A stretch of 64,000 nucleotides of DNA from Candidatus Doudnabacteria bacterium RIFCSPHIGHO2_02_FULL_43_13b (GTDB lineage: Bacteria; Patescibacteriota; Doudnabacteria; UBA920; O2-02-FULL-48-8), in assembly GCA_001777655.1 (NCBI GenBank), contig MFER01000013.1, positions 68,322-132,321 of the forward strand, written 5' to 3'. The notes beneath the pieces were generated by a model that did no database searches, had not been told where the DNA came from, and saw only the letters and a list, made by a program, of their open reading frames with translations. Shown here piece after piece: positions 45,960 to 58,724 of this stretch; position 1 is the first letter of the stretch; every line of letters starts with the position of its first letter. Both the position numbers and the translations under genes were made by a program.

Positions 45960-47960
45960 TTACTTGAAACTATGCCGCTTCATCCGTTGTTTTTGGCGGA
46001 TGGCTTGGATTTCATCCCGTAATTTGGCGGCTTGTTCGAAATCAAGATTGCGGGCGGCCAGATCCATCTGATCGCGCAGTTCTTCGATCGCATAAGCAAT
46101 TTCTTGCTTGGTCATTTTGGTCAGATCTCGTTGAGGGGTGAGGGGTGAGGGTTCGGGGGTGAGTTTTTGACCAGCAAGCCGAGATTCGCGAATTGCCTTT
46201 TCTATACCTTTGGGCGTGATGCCATGTTTTTTATTATAATCTTCTTGGATTTTACGGCGACGGAGGACTTCATCCGTGGCCCGCCGCATGGAACCCGTGA
46301 TTTTGTCAGCATACATAATTGCCTTGCCATCTAAATGTCTGGCTGCCCGACCCATGGTTTGGATAAGAGAGGTATCGGAGCGCAAAAATCCTTCCTTATC
46401 AGCATCAAGAATGGCAACCAGTGAAACTTCCGGCAAATCCAAGCCTTCTCGTAAAAGGTTGATCCCCACGACCACATCATAAACACCTATTCGCAAATCG
46501 CGCAAAATTTCCAACCGTTCTAGGGTCTCTACGTCAGAGTGCAGATAATGGACTTTTATCCCATATTCTGTCAGATAATTGGCCAATTCCTCGGCCATGT
46601 TTTTGGTCAAGGTAGTAACCAAGACGCGTTGGTGTTTTTTCACTCGAATTTGGATTTCCTCCATTAAATCATCAATCTGATTTTTCGTCGGCCGAATCTC
46701 GATCTTAGGATCCAACAGGCCGGTTGGTCGGATCAACTGCTCGGCGACTTGTTTTGAGATTTTAAGCTCGCGGTCTTTCACCGGGGTAGCAGAAACAAAA
46801 ATTGTCTGGCCGATTTTTTTCTCAAATTCCTCGAATTTTAAAGGCCGGTTATCGGCAGCAGACGGTAGGCGAAAACCGTAATCAATCAAAGTTTTTTTGC
46901 GGGATTGGTCGCCCAAATACATCCCACCGATTTGCGGCAGTGTCATGTGAGATTCGTCGATAAACAGCAGAAAATCGTCAGGGAAATAATCCAGCAGGGT
47001 AGATGGCGGTTCTCCGGCCTTACGAAAGTCTAGCTGCCGAGAGTAGTTTTCAATCCCTGAGACAAACCCTGTTTCCAGCATCATTTCGATATCGAAATTT
47101 GTTCGCTGCTCAATCCTTTGGGCTTCGAGTTCCTTTCCTTGTTTTTTGAAAAATTTAACCTGATCGGCAAGTTCCTTTCGGATATTGCCAATCGCCGCCA
47201 TTAGCTTTTCTCTCGGTGTGACGAAATGTTTAGCTGGAAAAATAGTATATTCATCCAAGGTCCCGAGATCTTGACCAGTCAGAGGATTGTGCTGGGAAAT
47301 TTTTTCCACCCTATCACCATCAAAATTAAACCGCAAGACCCAATCAGAGGAAGCGGGGATAATTTCGATGACGTCTCCTCTGACGCGGAACGTTCCGCGC
47401 TCTAAATTAATGTCGTTTCGTAAAAACTGCAGATCGGTTAAGCGCCGTAAAAATTTATCTCGCTTGAAAGTCTCACCAATCCTAACTGGAATTGATAATT
47501 CCAAATAATCGTCCGGGGAACCCAAGCCATAGATACACGAAACAGAAGCGACGATCAGGACGTCTTTGCGAGAAAGGAGGCTTTCGGTGGCGGCATTGCG
47601 CAATTTATCAATCTCTTCGTTAATTTCCGTTTCTTTTTCGATATAAGTGTCAGAGCGCGGGATATAGGCCTCCGGTTGATAGTAATCATAATAAGAGACA
47701 AAATAGTGCACAGCGTTATCTGGAAAGAAATTTTGAAACTCTGAGGCTAATTGCGCCGCTAAGGTTTTATTATGAGAAATGATTAAAGTTGGTTTTTGGA
47801 GTTTTTCGATAACGTTGGCCATGGTAAAAGTTTTACCTGAGCCTGTCACCCCCAAAAGCGTTTGGTAGCGGTATTTTTTGGCCAGACCCGCAACTAGTTT
47901 GTCGATGGCATCTGGTTGATCCCCCGCGGGTTTGAAATCGGAATGAATCTTAAACGGCAT
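45960..47960 (-). CDS. uvrB: Excinuclease ABC subunit B
   Basis: [12 protein letters not shown] Walker A, helicase motifs, C-terminal UVR domain. Confidence 0.95.
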   Translation of the reverse strand: MPFKIHSDFKPAGDQPDAIDKLVAGLAKKYRYQTLLGVTGSGKTFTMANVIEKLQKPTLIISHNKTLAAQLASEFQNFFPDNAVHYFVSYYDYYQPEAYIPRSDTYIEKETEINEEIDKLRNAATESLLSRKDVLIVASVSCIYGLGSPDDYLELSIPVRIGETFKRDKFLRRLTDLQFLRNDINLERGTFRVRGDVIEIIPASSDWVLRFNFDGDRVEKISQHNPLTGQDLGTLDEYTIFPAKHFVTPREKLMAAIGNIRKELADQVKFFKKQGKELEAQRIEQRTNFDIEMMLETGFVSGIENYSRQLDFRKAGEPPSTLLDYFPDDFLLFIDESHMTLPQIGGMYLGDQSRKKTLIDYGFRLPSAADNRPLKFEEFEKKIGQTIFVSATPVKDRELKISKQVAEQLIRPTGLLDPKIEIRPTKNQIDDLMEEIQIRVKKHQRVLVTTLTKNMAEELANYLTEYGIKVHYLHSDVETLERLEILRDLRIGVYDVVVGINLLREGLDLPEVSLVAILDADKEGFLRSDTSLIQTMGRAARHLDGKAIMYADKITGSMRRATDEVLRRRKIQEDYNKKHGITPKGIEKAIRESRLAGQKLTPEPSPLTPQRDLTKMTKQEIAYAIEELRDQMDLAARNLDFEQAAKLRDEIQAIRQKQRMKRHSFK

Positions 47961-47961
47961 A

Positions 47962-48057
47962 CCAGGTAGTAGAAATTTGATTAATGCTTAAATTTACTGC
48001 AAGGTGTTATATTAATCTGTTCGCGAAGCGAACAGATATGAAATTTTCACTACCTGG
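47962..48057. mobile_element. MITE-like element B, copy 2
   Basis: CCAGGTAGTAGAAATTTGAT...AAATTTTCACTACCTGG with the internal hairpin CTGTTCGCGAAGCGAACAG. It starts 1 nt from the uvrB start codon. Confidence 0.55.
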
Positions 48058-48127
48058 CATAGTAAATTTCATTGTAGCAGAAATTTGTTGCGGGTGTATA
48101 GACCAACAGAGTATAATACGTTTATGA

Positions 48128-48274
48128 CCCAGTAATACAACTTCGATGCTTTTGCCCCTAAATGGTTTTTGAATTAACCTTCATTAGTTATATGACTAAG
48201 AATACAGTTAATAATAATGGTTTTTTTAGCGCAAAAGCGCACACAAAAACCATTATCGAAGTTGATATACTGGG
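48128..48274. mobile_element. MITE-like element A, copy 2 (inverted relative to copy 1)
   Basis: Its reverse complement aligns along its length with 38083..38225. It ends ..GTTGATATACTGGG directly at the ruvA ATG. Confidence 0.65.
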
Positions 48275-48841
48275 ATGATTGGATCAATTAAAGGCAGGGT
48301 TTCCAACAAAGGCACAGGGTACGCCATCCTGGATACTGGCAGTGTTGGCTATAAGATTTTTATTACTCCCACGCTTTGGGCGACCTTGAAGTTAAATCAA
48401 GAGATTGTTTTAATGATTCATACTTATGTTCGAGAGGATCAGCTCACTTTATATGGATTTCCCAGTTTACCAGAACTAGAATTTTTTGAACTACTCCTGA
48501 CTGTTTCCGGCGTCGGACCCAAATCGGCTTTAGGGATCATGTCTTTAGCTTCGATTGAGATGATCAAATCAGCGATCGTGTCAGAGGATCCGTCGGTGTT
48601 TACTAAAGTATCAGGGATTGGCAGAAAAACGGCGGAACGCGTAATTTTGGAATTGAAAGAAAAACTAAAAGATGAATCGTCGTCAACTCCGGTCGCCAAA
48701 GAACATTCGGATGCGATGGACGCCCTGATCGCGCTGGGGTACACTCAACAACAAGCCCGGGAAGTCTTAAAAACTGTACCCAAAGATGTGGTGGATTTGC
48801 AGGCCAAAATTAAGATGGCATTGAAGAGTTTAAATAAGTAA
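48275..48841 (+). CDS. ruvA: Holliday junction DNA helicase RuvA
   Basis: MIGSIKGRV N-terminus and the HhH motifs VSGVGPKSALGI / VSGIGRKTAERVI. Confidence 0.9.
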   Translation: MIGSIKGRVSNKGTGYAILDTGSVGYKIFITPTLWATLKLNQEIVLMIHTYVREDQLTLYGFPSLPELEFFELLLTVSGVGPKSALGIMSLASIEMIKSAIVSEDPSVFTKVSGIGRKTAERVILELKEKLKDESSSTPVAKEHSDAMDALIALGYTQQQAREVLKTVPKDVVDLQAKIKMALKSLNK

Positions 48842-48879
48842 GCAGGAAGTAGTAATCAGTAAGTAGATACGTCACCGAT

Positions 48880-49195
48880 ATGAATCATGGATATCAAAAT
48901 TTGATTGTTTGGCAGAAATCAATGTTGGTTGTTAAGGGCGTCTATAAAATCACAGGAGAATTGCCTAAACAAGAACAGTATATTTTAGTTTCACAGATGC
49001 TAAGAGCGGCAATATCTATTCCGTCAAATATTGCTGAGGGATGGTCACGCTAACTGGAATCAAGAGTTTATACGATTTTTTGAAATAGCCTTTGCTTCGC
49101 CTGCGAGCTGGAAACTCAGTTATTGATATGTAAAGATCAATATCAAAAAATAGATTGTAGTTCTGTCGAAGCGATCCTCGTAGAGGTTAAAAAAT
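48880..49195 (+). pseudogene. Four-helix-bundle protein (23S rRNA IVS / Avd-like family) with two frameshifts
   Basis: Frame 1 gives MNHGYQNLIVWQKSMLVVKGVYKITGELPKQEQYILVSQMLRAAISIPSNIAEGWSR then a stop. The family consensus continues in other frames as NQEFIRFFEIAF.. and ELETQLLICKD... Confidence 0.6.
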
Positions 49196-49264
49196 GTTAA
49201 CGAGTCTTATTCAGAACAAAACAAGGGCCCGGTTCTGATTACTGCTTACTATTTACTGACTGCT

Positions 49265-50197
49265 ATGATAAGCGCTCTTACAGAACAAACTTGGGATGCG
49301 AAAGTTGTCGAGCTGGGCGGCTCGATTTTGCAATCATGGAGTTGGGGTGAATTTCAGAAATTTCTAAATCAAAAAATTTACCGTTTTTCTGGTCAGGATT
49401 TTATTTGTTTGGCAGTTGGAATCGAATTGCCACTAGATAAAAAATATATTTATTGTCCCCGCGGCCCAGTTGGCAATCTCGAGTCTGCTTTGAGTGATTT
49501 AAAAAAATTAGCAGAGGACCATTCTATTATTTTTTCACGGCTTGAACCCCCCCAACCGCTGTTATTGCCGAAAGCGATCAAAGATGTTCAGCCTCCGAAC
49601 AATTGGATGTTGTCATTGGAAAAATCCGAAGAAGAATTATTGATCGGGATGAAACCAAAAACCCGCTACAATATCAATTTGGCCCAGCGTAAAGGAGTGT
49701 CGGTGCGGCTTGGGAACCAAGTTGACCTTTTGGATTTTTATAAGTTGATGCTGGAGACGGCGAAGCGCAATCAGTTTAAATTACATCCGCAGAATTATTA
49801 TTTGCAGATGTGGGATCATTTAGCTCCAACTAATTTGCAATTACTCTTGGCTTATTATAAGAATCAATTATTATCAGGAATGCTGTTGTCATGGTTTGGC
49901 GATTCGGCGACTTATCTGCATGGTGGGTCCTCGGTCAGATTGAAAGAGGCAATGGCCCCTTATTTAGTGCATTGGGAGGCGATTAAATTAGCTAAAGAGC
50001 GGGGGTACAAAACTTATGACTTTGGCGGAGTGGCTCCGGGCAATCAAACAGGGCATAGTTGGGCGGGAATCTCGAGGTTTAAGAAGGGTTTTGGCGGCTT
50101 TGAGGTGACCTATCCCGGAGCTTATGACCTAATTTACTCGCCAATTTGGTATAATGTTTATACGCAAGCATGGAGCTTACGAAAAATCTTAAGGTAG
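49265..50197 (+). CDS. FemAB-family peptidoglycan peptide-bridge aminoacyltransferase (FemX-like)
   Basis: APYLVHWEAIKLAKERGYKTYDFGG closely matches the FemAB core. Confidence 0.65.
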   Translation: MISALTEQTWDAKVVELGGSILQSWSWGEFQKFLNQKIYRFSGQDFICLAVGIELPLDKKYIYCPRGPVGNLESALSDLKKLAEDHSIIFSRLEPPQPLLLPKAIKDVQPPNNWMLSLEKSEEELLIGMKPKTRYNINLAQRKGVSVRLGNQVDLLDFYKLMLETAKRNQFKLHPQNYYLQMWDHLAPTNLQLLLAYYKNQLLSGMLLSWFGDSATYLHGGSSVRLKEAMAPYLVHWEAIKLAKERGYKTYDFGGVAPGNQTGHSWAGISRFKKGFGGFEVTYPGAYDLIYSPIWYNVYTQAWSLRKILR

Positions 50198-50270
50198 TAA
50201 ACAGAAAACAGTAAGCAGTAATCAGAATTAGTTCCTGTTTCCTGATTACTATTTACTGCTTACTAAATTT

Positions 50271-50840
50271 ATGAATTACAAAATTGCTGTTTCTGGATCA
50301 GCCTCCAATAATTGTGCGAAGGGAGCATTTAGAAAATCTTTTGAAGTCGGGCGGCAGATTGCTTTGCATGGCTGTGTTTTAATCACCGGCGCTACTATCG
50401 GGATACCCGAATGGGCGACCAGGGGAGCGAAGTCAGTGGGTGGCGTATCAATTGGCCTCTCCCCGGCAGTTTCCAAGCAAGCCCACATCAATACTTATCA
50501 TTTGCCTACTCGTTACATGGATTTGATAATTTATACCGGTTTTGATTATTCTGGTCGGAACATGCTCATGACCAGAGCTTGTGATGCCGTAATTACGATT
50601 TGCGGCCGGATTGGTACCTTAAATGAGTTTACGACTGCGTTCGAAGATCGGCGGGTTGTGGGAGTCTTGACTAACACGGGGGGAATTGAAAGCGAAATTG
50701 ATGATATCCTAAAACTTGCTAAACGCGGCCGAAGACGGATAGTATTTGATGATGACCCCAAGCGTTTGGTCCAGAGGGTTATCAAGGCAATCCGGATCAA
50801 TGAAAGGCAAAAACATATTAGACACAAAGAAGTTGCTTAA
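50271..50840 (+). CDS. TIGR00725 / LOG-like Rossmann-fold protein
   Basis: IAVSGSAS..LITGATIGIPEWATRGA pattern of the TIGR00725 family. Confidence 0.5.
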   Translation: MNYKIAVSGSASNNCAKGAFRKSFEVGRQIALHGCVLITGATIGIPEWATRGAKSVGGVSIGLSPAVSKQAHINTYHLPTRYMDLIIYTGFDYSGRNMLMTRACDAVITICGRIGTLNEFTTAFEDRRVVGVLTNTGGIESEIDDILKLAKRGRRRIVFDDDPKRLVQRVIKAIRINERQKHIRHKEVA

Positions 50841-50841
50841 T

Positions 50842-51168
50842 ATGATTTTATCCATTGACTCTTCAGATAACCAGATTACCAAGTTATCGTTGGTTTCTCC
50901 CAAAAAAATATTTACTCACCAATTTGAATCAGCAGGAAGTTTGTCCGAACAGCTGACGGAAGAGATAACCAGTTTTCTTAAAAAAAATAAGATCAGCATC
51001 CGGCAAATTAAAAAGATTACTGTCCATGAAGGTCCCGGTCCGTTTTCTCGAATTCGAACCGATATTGCCACAGCTAATGCTTTAATCTTCAGCTTGAACC
51101 TTAAGCAAAAATTGATTAAACCCCGATATGAAAAGGCACCAAATATCACCTTCCCCAGACATAGTTGA
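50842..51168 (+). CDS. tsaB: TsaB-like (YeaZ) N-terminal domain protein, short
   Basis: MILSIDSSDNQITKLSL..GPGPFSRIRTDIATANAL resembles the TsaB N-terminal half; start at the internal Met. Confidence 0.5.
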   Translation: MILSIDSSDNQITKLSLVSPKKIFTHQFESAGSLSEQLTEEITSFLKKNKISIRQIKKITVHEGPGPFSRIRTDIATANALIFSLNLKQKLIKPRYEKAPNITFPRHS

Positions 51169-51273
51169 CAACTTTTAAAAAAAGATTAAGATAGTAATGT
51201 GATATCAAACTTAATAAGCTTATAGCCAAAAGAGCGGCTCTTTTTGCATATGTGCAGAAAGAGAGATTATTTT

Positions 51274-54200
51274 ATGTCTCAAAAAAAGAAAATGGCTAAT
51301 CTTAGCCTAAATTTTAGCCCAACAAAGAATCTTCAAAACTCCCGAAGGTTCTTCACTTCATTTACCGAGGTGATGGAGATGCCCAATTTGATTGAAGCCC
51401 AAATTCGATCTTATAAATGGTTTTGGGAAAAGGGACTCAAGGAGCTGTTTGCCGAAATTAACTCGATTAAGGATTTTACAGGGAAGAACTTAGAGCTATT
51501 TTTTGGCGATTACTATCTTGATAAGCCTAAATATGATGAAAAAACCGCGAAAGAACGCAACACCACTTATGAAGCTCCGCTTTATGTTTCGGTAAGATTG
51601 GTGAACAAGGTGACCGGCAAGACTAAGACCCAAGATGTTTATCTGGGTGATTTTCCATTGATGACCCCTCGAGGAACCTTTGTGATCAATGGAGTAGAAC
51701 GCGTGGTGGTTTCACAGTTAGTCAAATCACCAGGCGTTTTCTTTAGCGCTGAAGTTGCCCGGGGCCGGAACTGGTATGGCGCCAAGATTATTCCCAATCG
51801 CGGAGCTTGGCTTGAAATCGAAACCGATATTAATGGCATAATCAGTGTCAAGATCGATCGAAAACGCAGAATTCCAATCACGGCCCTGATGCGAGTATTT
51901 AAGTTTACGACTGACGAAGAAATTCTGTCAGCCTTTGCCGACGTGGATACCAACCCCGATCTTCGATACATTCAAAACACTTTAGAGAAGGATCCGTCGA
52001 AGAGCGCTGATGAAGGATTTAAGGAAGTATATAAAAGAATTCGACCAGGAGATTTGGCGACAGTCGATAACGCGCGATCCTTGATCGAGGCCATGTTTTT
52101 CCACGCTGATCGCTATGATCTTTCAGAAGTTGGTCGCTACAAGCTAAATCAGCGTTTAAATGTCAAAGATCGACAGGACCGGATTTTAACCAAACAAGAT
52201 TTAACTGAAATTATCCGCGAAGTAATCCGTTTAAATAACAGCCAAGGAATCTGGGATGACATTGATCATCTTTCTAATCGTCGAGTGAGGGCCGTGGGCG
52301 AGTTGATTCAGGGTAAGTTCCGAATTGGTCTGGCTCGCATGAGCAGAATCGCCAAGGACCGCATGAGTTTGGCAGATATCGAAACAGTAACGCCAGCCCA
52401 GTTAATTCATGTTCGTCCGATTGTCGCGGTTATTCAAGAATTTTTTTCCTCCTCTCAATTGTCTCAATTTATGGACCAGACTAATCCTTTGGCGGAACTG
52501 GAGCATAAGCGCCGATTATCAGCTATGGGGCCAGGTGGGTTATCGCGGGAACGAGCGGGATTTGAGGTTCGAGACGTCCATCGTTCTCACTATGGCCGAC
52601 TTTGCCCAATCACCACCCCGGAAGGACCCAACATTGGCCTGGTGGCCCATTTGGCTAGTTATGCCAGAATCAACGATTTTGGTTTTATTGAAACCCCTTA
52701 TCGAAAGGTCATTAAACAATTACCCAATAACGGCAAATCAGCCGTAGGCCAAGCCGCCCTTTATGATTTAAAAGACACTTCTGACCAAGTCCTTGTTTTG
52801 GCAGGCAAAAAAATTAGTAAAGAAGCGGCCGGCAAGCTAGCTGCGAATAAAGCGCTGGGAATGATTCGAATCAAACCTTATTTGACCGAGGAGATTGAAT
52901 ATCTTGATGCCTACGAAGAACAACTGACTATTATTGCCCAGGCTAATGTATTGACTGACGAGCAGGGATATTTTATCGATGAAAGAACTTCGGTTCGAGT
53001 TCATGGCGAACCGTCCATTGCCGAAACTTCTGAAATAGATTATGTTGAAGTTTCTCCCAAACAAATTATTTCAGTCACGACTTCTCTGATTCCTTTTTTG
53101 GAGCACGATGACGCGAACCGAGCCTTGATGGGATCCAACATGCAACGTCAAGCGGTTTCCTGTATTAAACCCCAAGCTCCTGTTGTTGGTACTGGCGTAG
53201 AGTCTAAGGCTGCTTATGATTCTGGCCAAGTAGTAATTACCGAAACCGCTGGAGTAGTATCAAGTGTCTCCGGTGAAAAAATTATCATCGCGGAAAAAAC
53301 CGGGAAAAAACGTGAATACTCTCTGCAAAAATTTGTTCGTTCCAATACTTCGACTTCGATTAACCAACACCCAACTGTCAAAAAAGGAGAAACGGTCAAA
53401 GCCGGCCAGCCAATTGCCGATGGTGCCGCGATTGAAAACGGGGAACTGGCCTTGGGTCAAAACATGTTGGTCGCTTTTATTTCTTGGGAAGGCGGCAATT
53501 ACGAAGACGCAATTTTGATTTCTTCCCGGGTCGTGGAAGAAGATCGTTATTCTTCAATTCATATCGAAGATTTTAAGGTTGACGTTCGGGATACCAAATT
53601 GGGACCTGAAATTATTACTCGAGATATTCCAAATGTCGGAGAAGAGAAGCTGAAAGATTTGGATGAACTTGGAGTGATTCGAATTGGGGCCCAAGTCAAA
53701 GCCGGTGACATTTTAGTTGGAAAAATTACTCCGAAAGGAGAAACGGATCTGACTGCTGAAGAAAAATTACTCCGAGTTATTTTCGGCGAAAAATCCCGCG
53801 ACGTGAAAGACACTTCTCTGACATTGCCGCACGGTGAATACGGTAAAGTTGTGCATATTCGAGAATTTTCTCGTGAACAAGGCGACAAATTACCATCGGG
53901 CGTGATCAGATCGATTCAGGTGTCAGTCGCGGTGCTTCGAAAAATTCAAGTGGGTGATAAAATGGCTGGTCGTCACGGCAACAAGGGAGTTATTTCCCAG
54001 GTAATCCCAGTTGAAAACATGCCATTTATGGCTGACGGCACGCCAGTGGATATAATTTTAAACCCTTTGGGAGTGGCAAGCCGCATGAACATCGGCCAAA
54101 TTTTGGAAACTCATTTAGGTTTGGCGGCTCAGCGACTCGGGTATACCGTCGCCTCCCCGGCGTTAAATGGGGTGTCGGAAGAGATCATAAAACAAGAACT

Positions 54201-54759
54201 TGATAGAGCTGGTTTCCCTCAAGATGGAAAGGTGACTTTGTTTGATGGGAAAACCGGGCAGCCATTTTTAGAAAAGGTGACGGTGGGCATAATTTATATG
54301 TTGAAACTGCACCACCTAGTTGATGATAAAATGCATGCTCGCTCCACCGGCCCTTATTCCTTAATTACCCAACAGCCCTTAGGTGGTAAAGCACAATTCG
54401 GTGGCCAAAGGTTTGGGGAAATGGAAGTCTGGGCTTTAGAAGGATACGGAGCAGCGCACACCCTACAGGAAATGCTGACTATAAAATCTGATGACGTGGT
54501 TGGTCGGGCGAAGACCTATGAATCGATCGTTAAAGGCGAGCCGATCAAAAAGCCAAATGTGCCGGAATCTTTCCGGGTCTTGGTGAAAGAATTGCAATCG
54601 TTGTGTTTGAGTGTCGAATTGGTCGGCGAAAAGTTGGCCCGTGACAATGAAGTTAGTAGCGAGATTCGCGAGCTTGCGACTACCGATGTCCAAATTCCAA
54701 TAGAGGAGAAAGAAGAGATTTTAGACGATAAAGGAAAAAAGAGGAAGGGGAAAAAATAA
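51274..54759 (+). CDS. rpoB: DNA-directed RNA polymerase subunit beta
   Basis: LPNLIEAQ..SY N-terminus and conserved beta-subunit regions throughout; start at MSQKKK after a purine-rich RBS. Confidence 0.95.
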   Translation: MSQKKKMANLSLNFSPTKNLQNSRRFFTSFTEVMEMPNLIEAQIRSYKWFWEKGLKELFAEINSIKDFTGKNLELFFGDYYLDKPKYDEKTAKERNTTYEAPLYVSVRLVNKVTGKTKTQDVYLGDFPLMTPRGTFVINGVERVVVSQLVKSPGVFFSAEVARGRNWYGAKIIPNRGAWLEIETDINGIISVKIDRKRRIPITALMRVFKFTTDEEILSAFADVDTNPDLRYIQNTLEKDPSKSADEGFKEVYKRIRPGDLATVDNARSLIEAMFFHADRYDLSEVGRYKLNQRLNVKDRQDRILTKQDLTEIIREVIRLNNSQGIWDDIDHLSNRRVRAVGELIQGKFRIGLARMSRIAKDRMSLADIETVTPAQLIHVRPIVAVIQEFFSSSQLSQFMDQTNPLAELEHKRRLSAMGPGGLSRERAGFEVRDVHRSHYGRLCPITTPEGPNIGLVAHLASYARINDFGFIETPYRKVIKQLPNNGKSAVGQAALYDLKDTSDQVLVLAGKKISKEAAGKLAANKALGMIRIKPYLTEEIEYLDAYEEQLTIIAQANVLTDEQGYFIDERTSVRVHGEPSIAETSEIDYVEVSPKQIISVTTSLIPFLEHDDANRALMGSNMQRQAVSCIKPQAPVVGTGVESKAAYDSGQVVITETAGVVSSVSGEKIIIAEKTGKKREYSLQKFVRSNTSTSINQHPTVKKGETVKAGQPIADGAAIENGELALGQNMLVAFISWEGGNYEDAILISSRVVEEDRYSSIHIEDFKVDVRDTKLGPEIITRDIPNVGEEKLKDLDELGVIRIGAQVKAGDILVGKITPKGETDLTAEEKLLRVIFGEKSRDVKDTSLTLPHGEYGKVVHIREFSREQGDKLPSGVIRSIQVSVAVLRKIQVGDKMAGRHGNKGVISQVIPVENMPFMADGTPVDIILNPLGVASRMNIGQILETHLGLAAQRLGYTVASPALNGVSEEIIKQELDRAGFPQDGKVTLFDGKTGQPFLEKVTVGIIYMLKLHHLVDDKMHARSTGPYSLITQQPLGGKAQFGGQRFGEMEVWALEGYGAAHTLQEMLTIKSDDVVGRAKTYESIVKGEPIKKPNVPESFRVLVKELQSLCLSVELVGEKLARDNEVSSEIRELATTDVQIPIEEKEEILDDKGKKRKGKK

Positions 54760-54763
54760 TCTT

Positions 54764-57700
54764 ATGTTACAAGCAACCGAAGAATTTAAAGCCGTCCGAC
54801 TCAGGCTCGCTTCACCCGCGGATATTTTGAATTGGTCGTATGGAGAAGTGACCAAGCCGGAGACTATTAATTATCGCACTCAACGGCCGGAGAAAGACGG
54901 TTTATTTGATGAGAAAATTTTTGGTCCGATTAAAGATTGGGAGTGTTATTGTGGTAAATACAAGCGCATTCGTTATAAAGGAATTATTTGCGATAAATGC
55001 GGCGTGGAGGTGACTCGCGCAGCAGTCCGCCGAGAGCGGATGGGCCATATCAAACTGGCCGCTCCCGTCGCTCACATTTGGTTTTTGCGCGGCGTGCCAT
55101 CCAGGTTAGGTTTAGTTTTAGATCTTTCAGTCCAGGAACTTGAGAAAGTCGTTTATTTTGCAGCTTATATTATCACGAATGTTGATGAAGAAGCCAGGTC
55201 AGCTACCCAAGAACAGATTGAGCGAGAATTTAAAGCGAAACGAAAAGAAATTGACGGTCGTTATGAGCACTTACTTAATCAATCCAAAGAAGAGGCTGAG
55301 GGCTTGCGAACCAGAGACATGTGGAGTAAGGAGATTGAACATTTAGAATCAATTCGTGATTTGGCCCGCTCGGAACTTAAATCCATCAAAAAATACCAAA
55401 TTATTTCGGAATTGGAATATCGCGATCTGTCCTTAAAGTACGGTCCGGTCTTTCAGGCCGGCATTGGAGCCGCAGCGATTGAACAGTTGGTTTCGGAGAT
55501 TGATTTGGAAAAACTATTTACCTTGTTGCGAGAAGAAATTAATACCGCGGAAGGCGTGAATAAGCGTAAATTAATTAAACGTCTCAAGTTGGTCAAATCG
55601 ATGATTAAATCCGCGATCCGACCCGAATGGATGATTATCCAAAACTTGCCGGTCATCCCGCCGGATCTGCGTCCGATGGTTCAATTAGATGGTGGTCGGT
55701 TTGCCGCTTCGGATTTGAACGATTTATACCGTCGAGTGATCAATCGTAATAATCGATTAAAAAAACTTTTGGAAATCGGCGCGCCGGAAGTGATTACTAG
55801 GAATGAAAAAAGAATGTTGCAAGAGGCAGTGGATGCTCTGATTGATAATTCTATCCGGCATGGTAAGGAAGTCACGGCTTCGACCGGTCAAAAACGTAAA
55901 CTTCGATCGTTAGCGGATATGTTGAAAGGCAAACAAGGAAGATTCCGACAAAATCTTTTAGGTAAACGTGTGGACTATTCCGGCCGCAGCGTGATTGTGG
56001 TGGGACCGAAATTGAAACTGCACCAGTGTGGTCTGCCGAAAAAAATGGCCTTGGAATTATTTAAACCATTTGTCATTTCTAAATTGATTTTAAGAGAGTT
56101 TGCTCATAATGTTCGCAGTGCCAATCGGTTGATTGAGCAAGGACGACCAGAGGTTTACGATATTTTAGAAGAGGTGACCAAACATCACTATGTCTTGCTC
56201 AATCGAGCCCCGACCCTGCATCGATTAGGTTTTCAAGCTTTTTTGCCAGTCTTAATTGAAGGCAAGGCCATCCAGATTCATCCCATGGTTTGTGATGCTT
56301 ATAACGCTGATTTTGACGGTGATCAAATGGCTGTCCATGTTTCCCTGACCGAAGCCGCTCAAGAAGAAGCGCGGAACATTATGTTGTCTGCCAAAAATTT
56401 GTTGAAGCCAGCCTCCGGAGAACCAGTCATGGGACCTACGAAAGATATGGTCTTAGGATGTTTTTGGTTGACCCGCATCCAGGCGGGTCAAAAGGGAGAA
56501 GGCATGGTTTTCGGCAGCGCAGAAGAAGCAATTTTGGCCTACCAATCCGGGATTTTAAGTTTGAAAGCCAAAATTAAAATTCGTTTGGGAGAAAAATGGG
56601 GCAATTTGGGTTTAACAGAAACTTGCGTTGGCCGGGTAATGTTTAATCAGATTTTACCGGAGGGGGTTAGGTTTAATAACGAAGTCATGGATAAAAAGAA
56701 ACTGCAACAGGCCTTACAGGTAGTTTATCGGGATTTTGGCATTGAGCGTACGGCCGATCTTTTAGATGAGATTAAAAAATTAGGGTTTAATTACGTCACC
56801 AAATCAGGTTTGTCTTGGGGGATGGAAGATTTGAAGGTGCCGGAAATTAAGAAACAATTGGTTGAACAAGCCGATCGAGAAGTTTTGGAAACTTACGAAC
56901 AACATCGAATGGGACTGTTGACTGAGCAAGAACGATATAATCGGGTGATTGAAATTTGGGCTACGGTCCGTGATAAAGTGGCGGAAGCTGTGACGAAAAG
57001 TTTGGATGAATATGGACCGGTTTATCAAATGGTGATTTCCGGAGCGCGGGGATCAGTTTCGCAGCTGGCTCAGATGGCTGGCATGAAAGGGTTGGTGACT
57101 AATCCGGCTGGGGACGTCATTGAATTGCCAGCCAAAGATTCATTTAAAGAAGGTTTAAGTATTTTAGAGTATTTTATCTCTACTCACGGTTCCCGTAAAG
57201 GGATGACCGACACGGCGTTGCGGACTGCCGATGCTGGATACCTGACTCGTCGGTTGGTTGATGTGGCGCAGGATATCGTGATCAACGCTGAAGATTGTGG
57301 GGTTGAAGAGGGTCGGATTATTACTAGGGCCTCTTCGGAAGCCTTGGGCCGACCTTTGGCTCGGCGAATTTTTGGTCGGGTCTTGGCAGCCAACGTGAAA
57401 GACGCCTCTGGTAAAGTCATTGCCAAGGCAGGGACCCTAATTGACGATAAACTCTCGGTTGAAATTGAAAAATCTACCACTGATCAAGTAGAGGTCCGAA
57501 CCGTACTTCGCTGCACCCTAACTCGCGGCGTTTGTACCAAATGTTATGGTTATGACCTTGGCTTTAATCGATCCGTCGAACAAGGAGCGGCAGTCGGGAT
57601 TGTCGCAGCGCAGGCGATTGGAGAACCAGGAACTCAGCTGACCATGAGAACTTTCCATACAGGAGGGGTGGCGGGCTTAGATATTACCCAAGGTTTGCCT

Positions 57701-58600
57701 CGGGTCGAGGAGTTATTAGAGGCCCGTGAACCGAAAGGTCAAGCGGTAATTTCCGAAATCGATGGATTCGTTTCCGAAATTAAACCTACGAACAAAGAAA
57801 CCACGATTCGGGTGGAAGCCAAAGAGATTTCCCAAGACAAATACGCTCTCGATCTGCCAAGTGGGGGGCCACGATTACAATTAACTGATGGCGAAGGAGT
57901 CAAGCAAGGGGATCCACTGTTCGTCAATACCAAAGGTGAGACGATCAAGGCTAAAGCACCGGGAGTCGTAAAGATTAAAAATAATCAATTGTTCGTCGTT
58001 CATGAATCTGAGAATTTTAAAGAATATTCAGCGCCGCTTGGCTTTAACGTAATTGTGAAACAAGGTGAGCTGATTACTAAAGGGCAGGCCTTAACCGAAG
58101 GTAATTTGAACCTACATCAATTATTTATTTTGAAGGGAATTGAGGCTTGTCAGGATTATATCATCAAAGAGGTCCAGGAGATTTATTCTTCCCAAGGACA
58201 AAATGTGAACGAAAAACATATTGAGATTATCGTACGACAAATGTTTTCCAAAGTTCGAATCACTGAAGCCGGAGATGCTGATCTTTTAATCGGGGATTTG
58301 ATAGATAAATCGAGATTACAAATGGCTAACGCGAAAATTGAAAAAGGCAAAGAAGCACAAGCCGAACAACTCCTTATGGGAATTACCAAATCATCTTTGA
58401 ATACCGAATCGTTCTTGGCTGCCGCTTCTTTCCAAGAAACCACGAGGGTTTTAATTGAGGCAGCGGTCACGGCAAAAACAGATTATTTAAGGGGTTTGAA
58501 AGAAAATGTGATTATCGGAAAACTTATTCCAGCTGGCACCGGTTTTCGAAAAGAAGCGCTGGGTGAAAAAGAAGCGGCTGAAATTGCCGATAATATTTAA
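54764..58600 (+). CDS. rpoC: DNA-directed RNA polymerase subunit beta'
   Basis: Zn-finger [35 protein letters not shown] catalytic loop, bridge helix and trigger loop. Confidence 0.95.
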   Translation: MLQATEEFKAVRLRLASPADILNWSYGEVTKPETINYRTQRPEKDGLFDEKIFGPIKDWECYCGKYKRIRYKGIICDKCGVEVTRAAVRRERMGHIKLAAPVAHIWFLRGVPSRLGLVLDLSVQELEKVVYFAAYIITNVDEEARSATQEQIEREFKAKRKEIDGRYEHLLNQSKEEAEGLRTRDMWSKEIEHLESIRDLARSELKSIKKYQIISELEYRDLSLKYGPVFQAGIGAAAIEQLVSEIDLEKLFTLLREEINTAEGVNKRKLIKRLKLVKSMIKSAIRPEWMIIQNLPVIPPDLRPMVQLDGGRFAASDLNDLYRRVINRNNRLKKLLEIGAPEVITRNEKRMLQEAVDALIDNSIRHGKEVTASTGQKRKLRSLADMLKGKQGRFRQNLLGKRVDYSGRSVIVVGPKLKLHQCGLPKKMALELFKPFVISKLILREFAHNVRSANRLIEQGRPEVYDILEEVTKHHYVLLNRAPTLHRLGFQAFLPVLIEGKAIQIHPMVCDAYNADFDGDQMAVHVSLTEAAQEEARNIMLSAKNLLKPASGEPVMGPTKDMVLGCFWLTRIQAGQKGEGMVFGSAEEAILAYQSGILSLKAKIKIRLGEKWGNLGLTETCVGRVMFNQILPEGVRFNNEVMDKKKLQQALQVVYRDFGIERTADLLDEIKKLGFNYVTKSGLSWGMEDLKVPEIKKQLVEQADREVLETYEQHRMGLLTEQERYNRVIEIWATVRDKVAEAVTKSLDEYGPVYQMVISGARGSVSQLAQMAGMKGLVTNPAGDVIELPAKDSFKEGLSILEYFISTHGSRKGMTDTALRTADAGYLTRRLVDVAQDIVINAEDCGVEEGRIITRASSEALGRPLARRIFGRVLAANVKDASGKVIAKAGTLIDDKLSVEIEKSTTDQVEVRTVLRCTLTRGVCTKCYGYDLGFNRSVEQGAAVGIVAAQAIGEPGTQLTMRTFHTGGVAGLDITQGLPRVEELLEAREPKGQAVISEIDGFVSEIKPTNKETTIRVEAKEISQDKYALDLPSGGPRLQLTDGEGVKQGDPLFVNTKGETIKAKAPGVVKIKNNQLFVVHESENFKEYSAPLGFNVIVKQGELITKGQALTEGNLNLHQLFILKGIEACQDYIIKEVQEIYSSQGQNVNEKHIEIIVRQMFSKVRITEAGDADLLIGDLIDKSRLQMANAKIEKGKEAQAEQLLMGITKSSLNTESFLAAASFQETTRVLIEAAVTAKTDYLRGLKENVIIGKLIPAGTGFRKEALGEKEAAEIADNI

Positions 58601-58724
58601 AAGCGGTATACTAACGCCATGAATCCCGTTAGAAATTTCACATTGCGAGTTTATACTAAAAACACTCTCTGACGGGCTGATTATAAAGAAATTATTTATT
58701 AACTAATCAAAATTTCTAAACGGG

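Noticed and set aside
51639-58470. Numerous 60-130-aa antisense ORFs inside rpoB and rpoC (e.g. 51639..51971-, 53559..53888-, 57184..57480-)
   Set aside because: They are embedded antisense in highly conserved genes, with no RBS and low-complexity translations.
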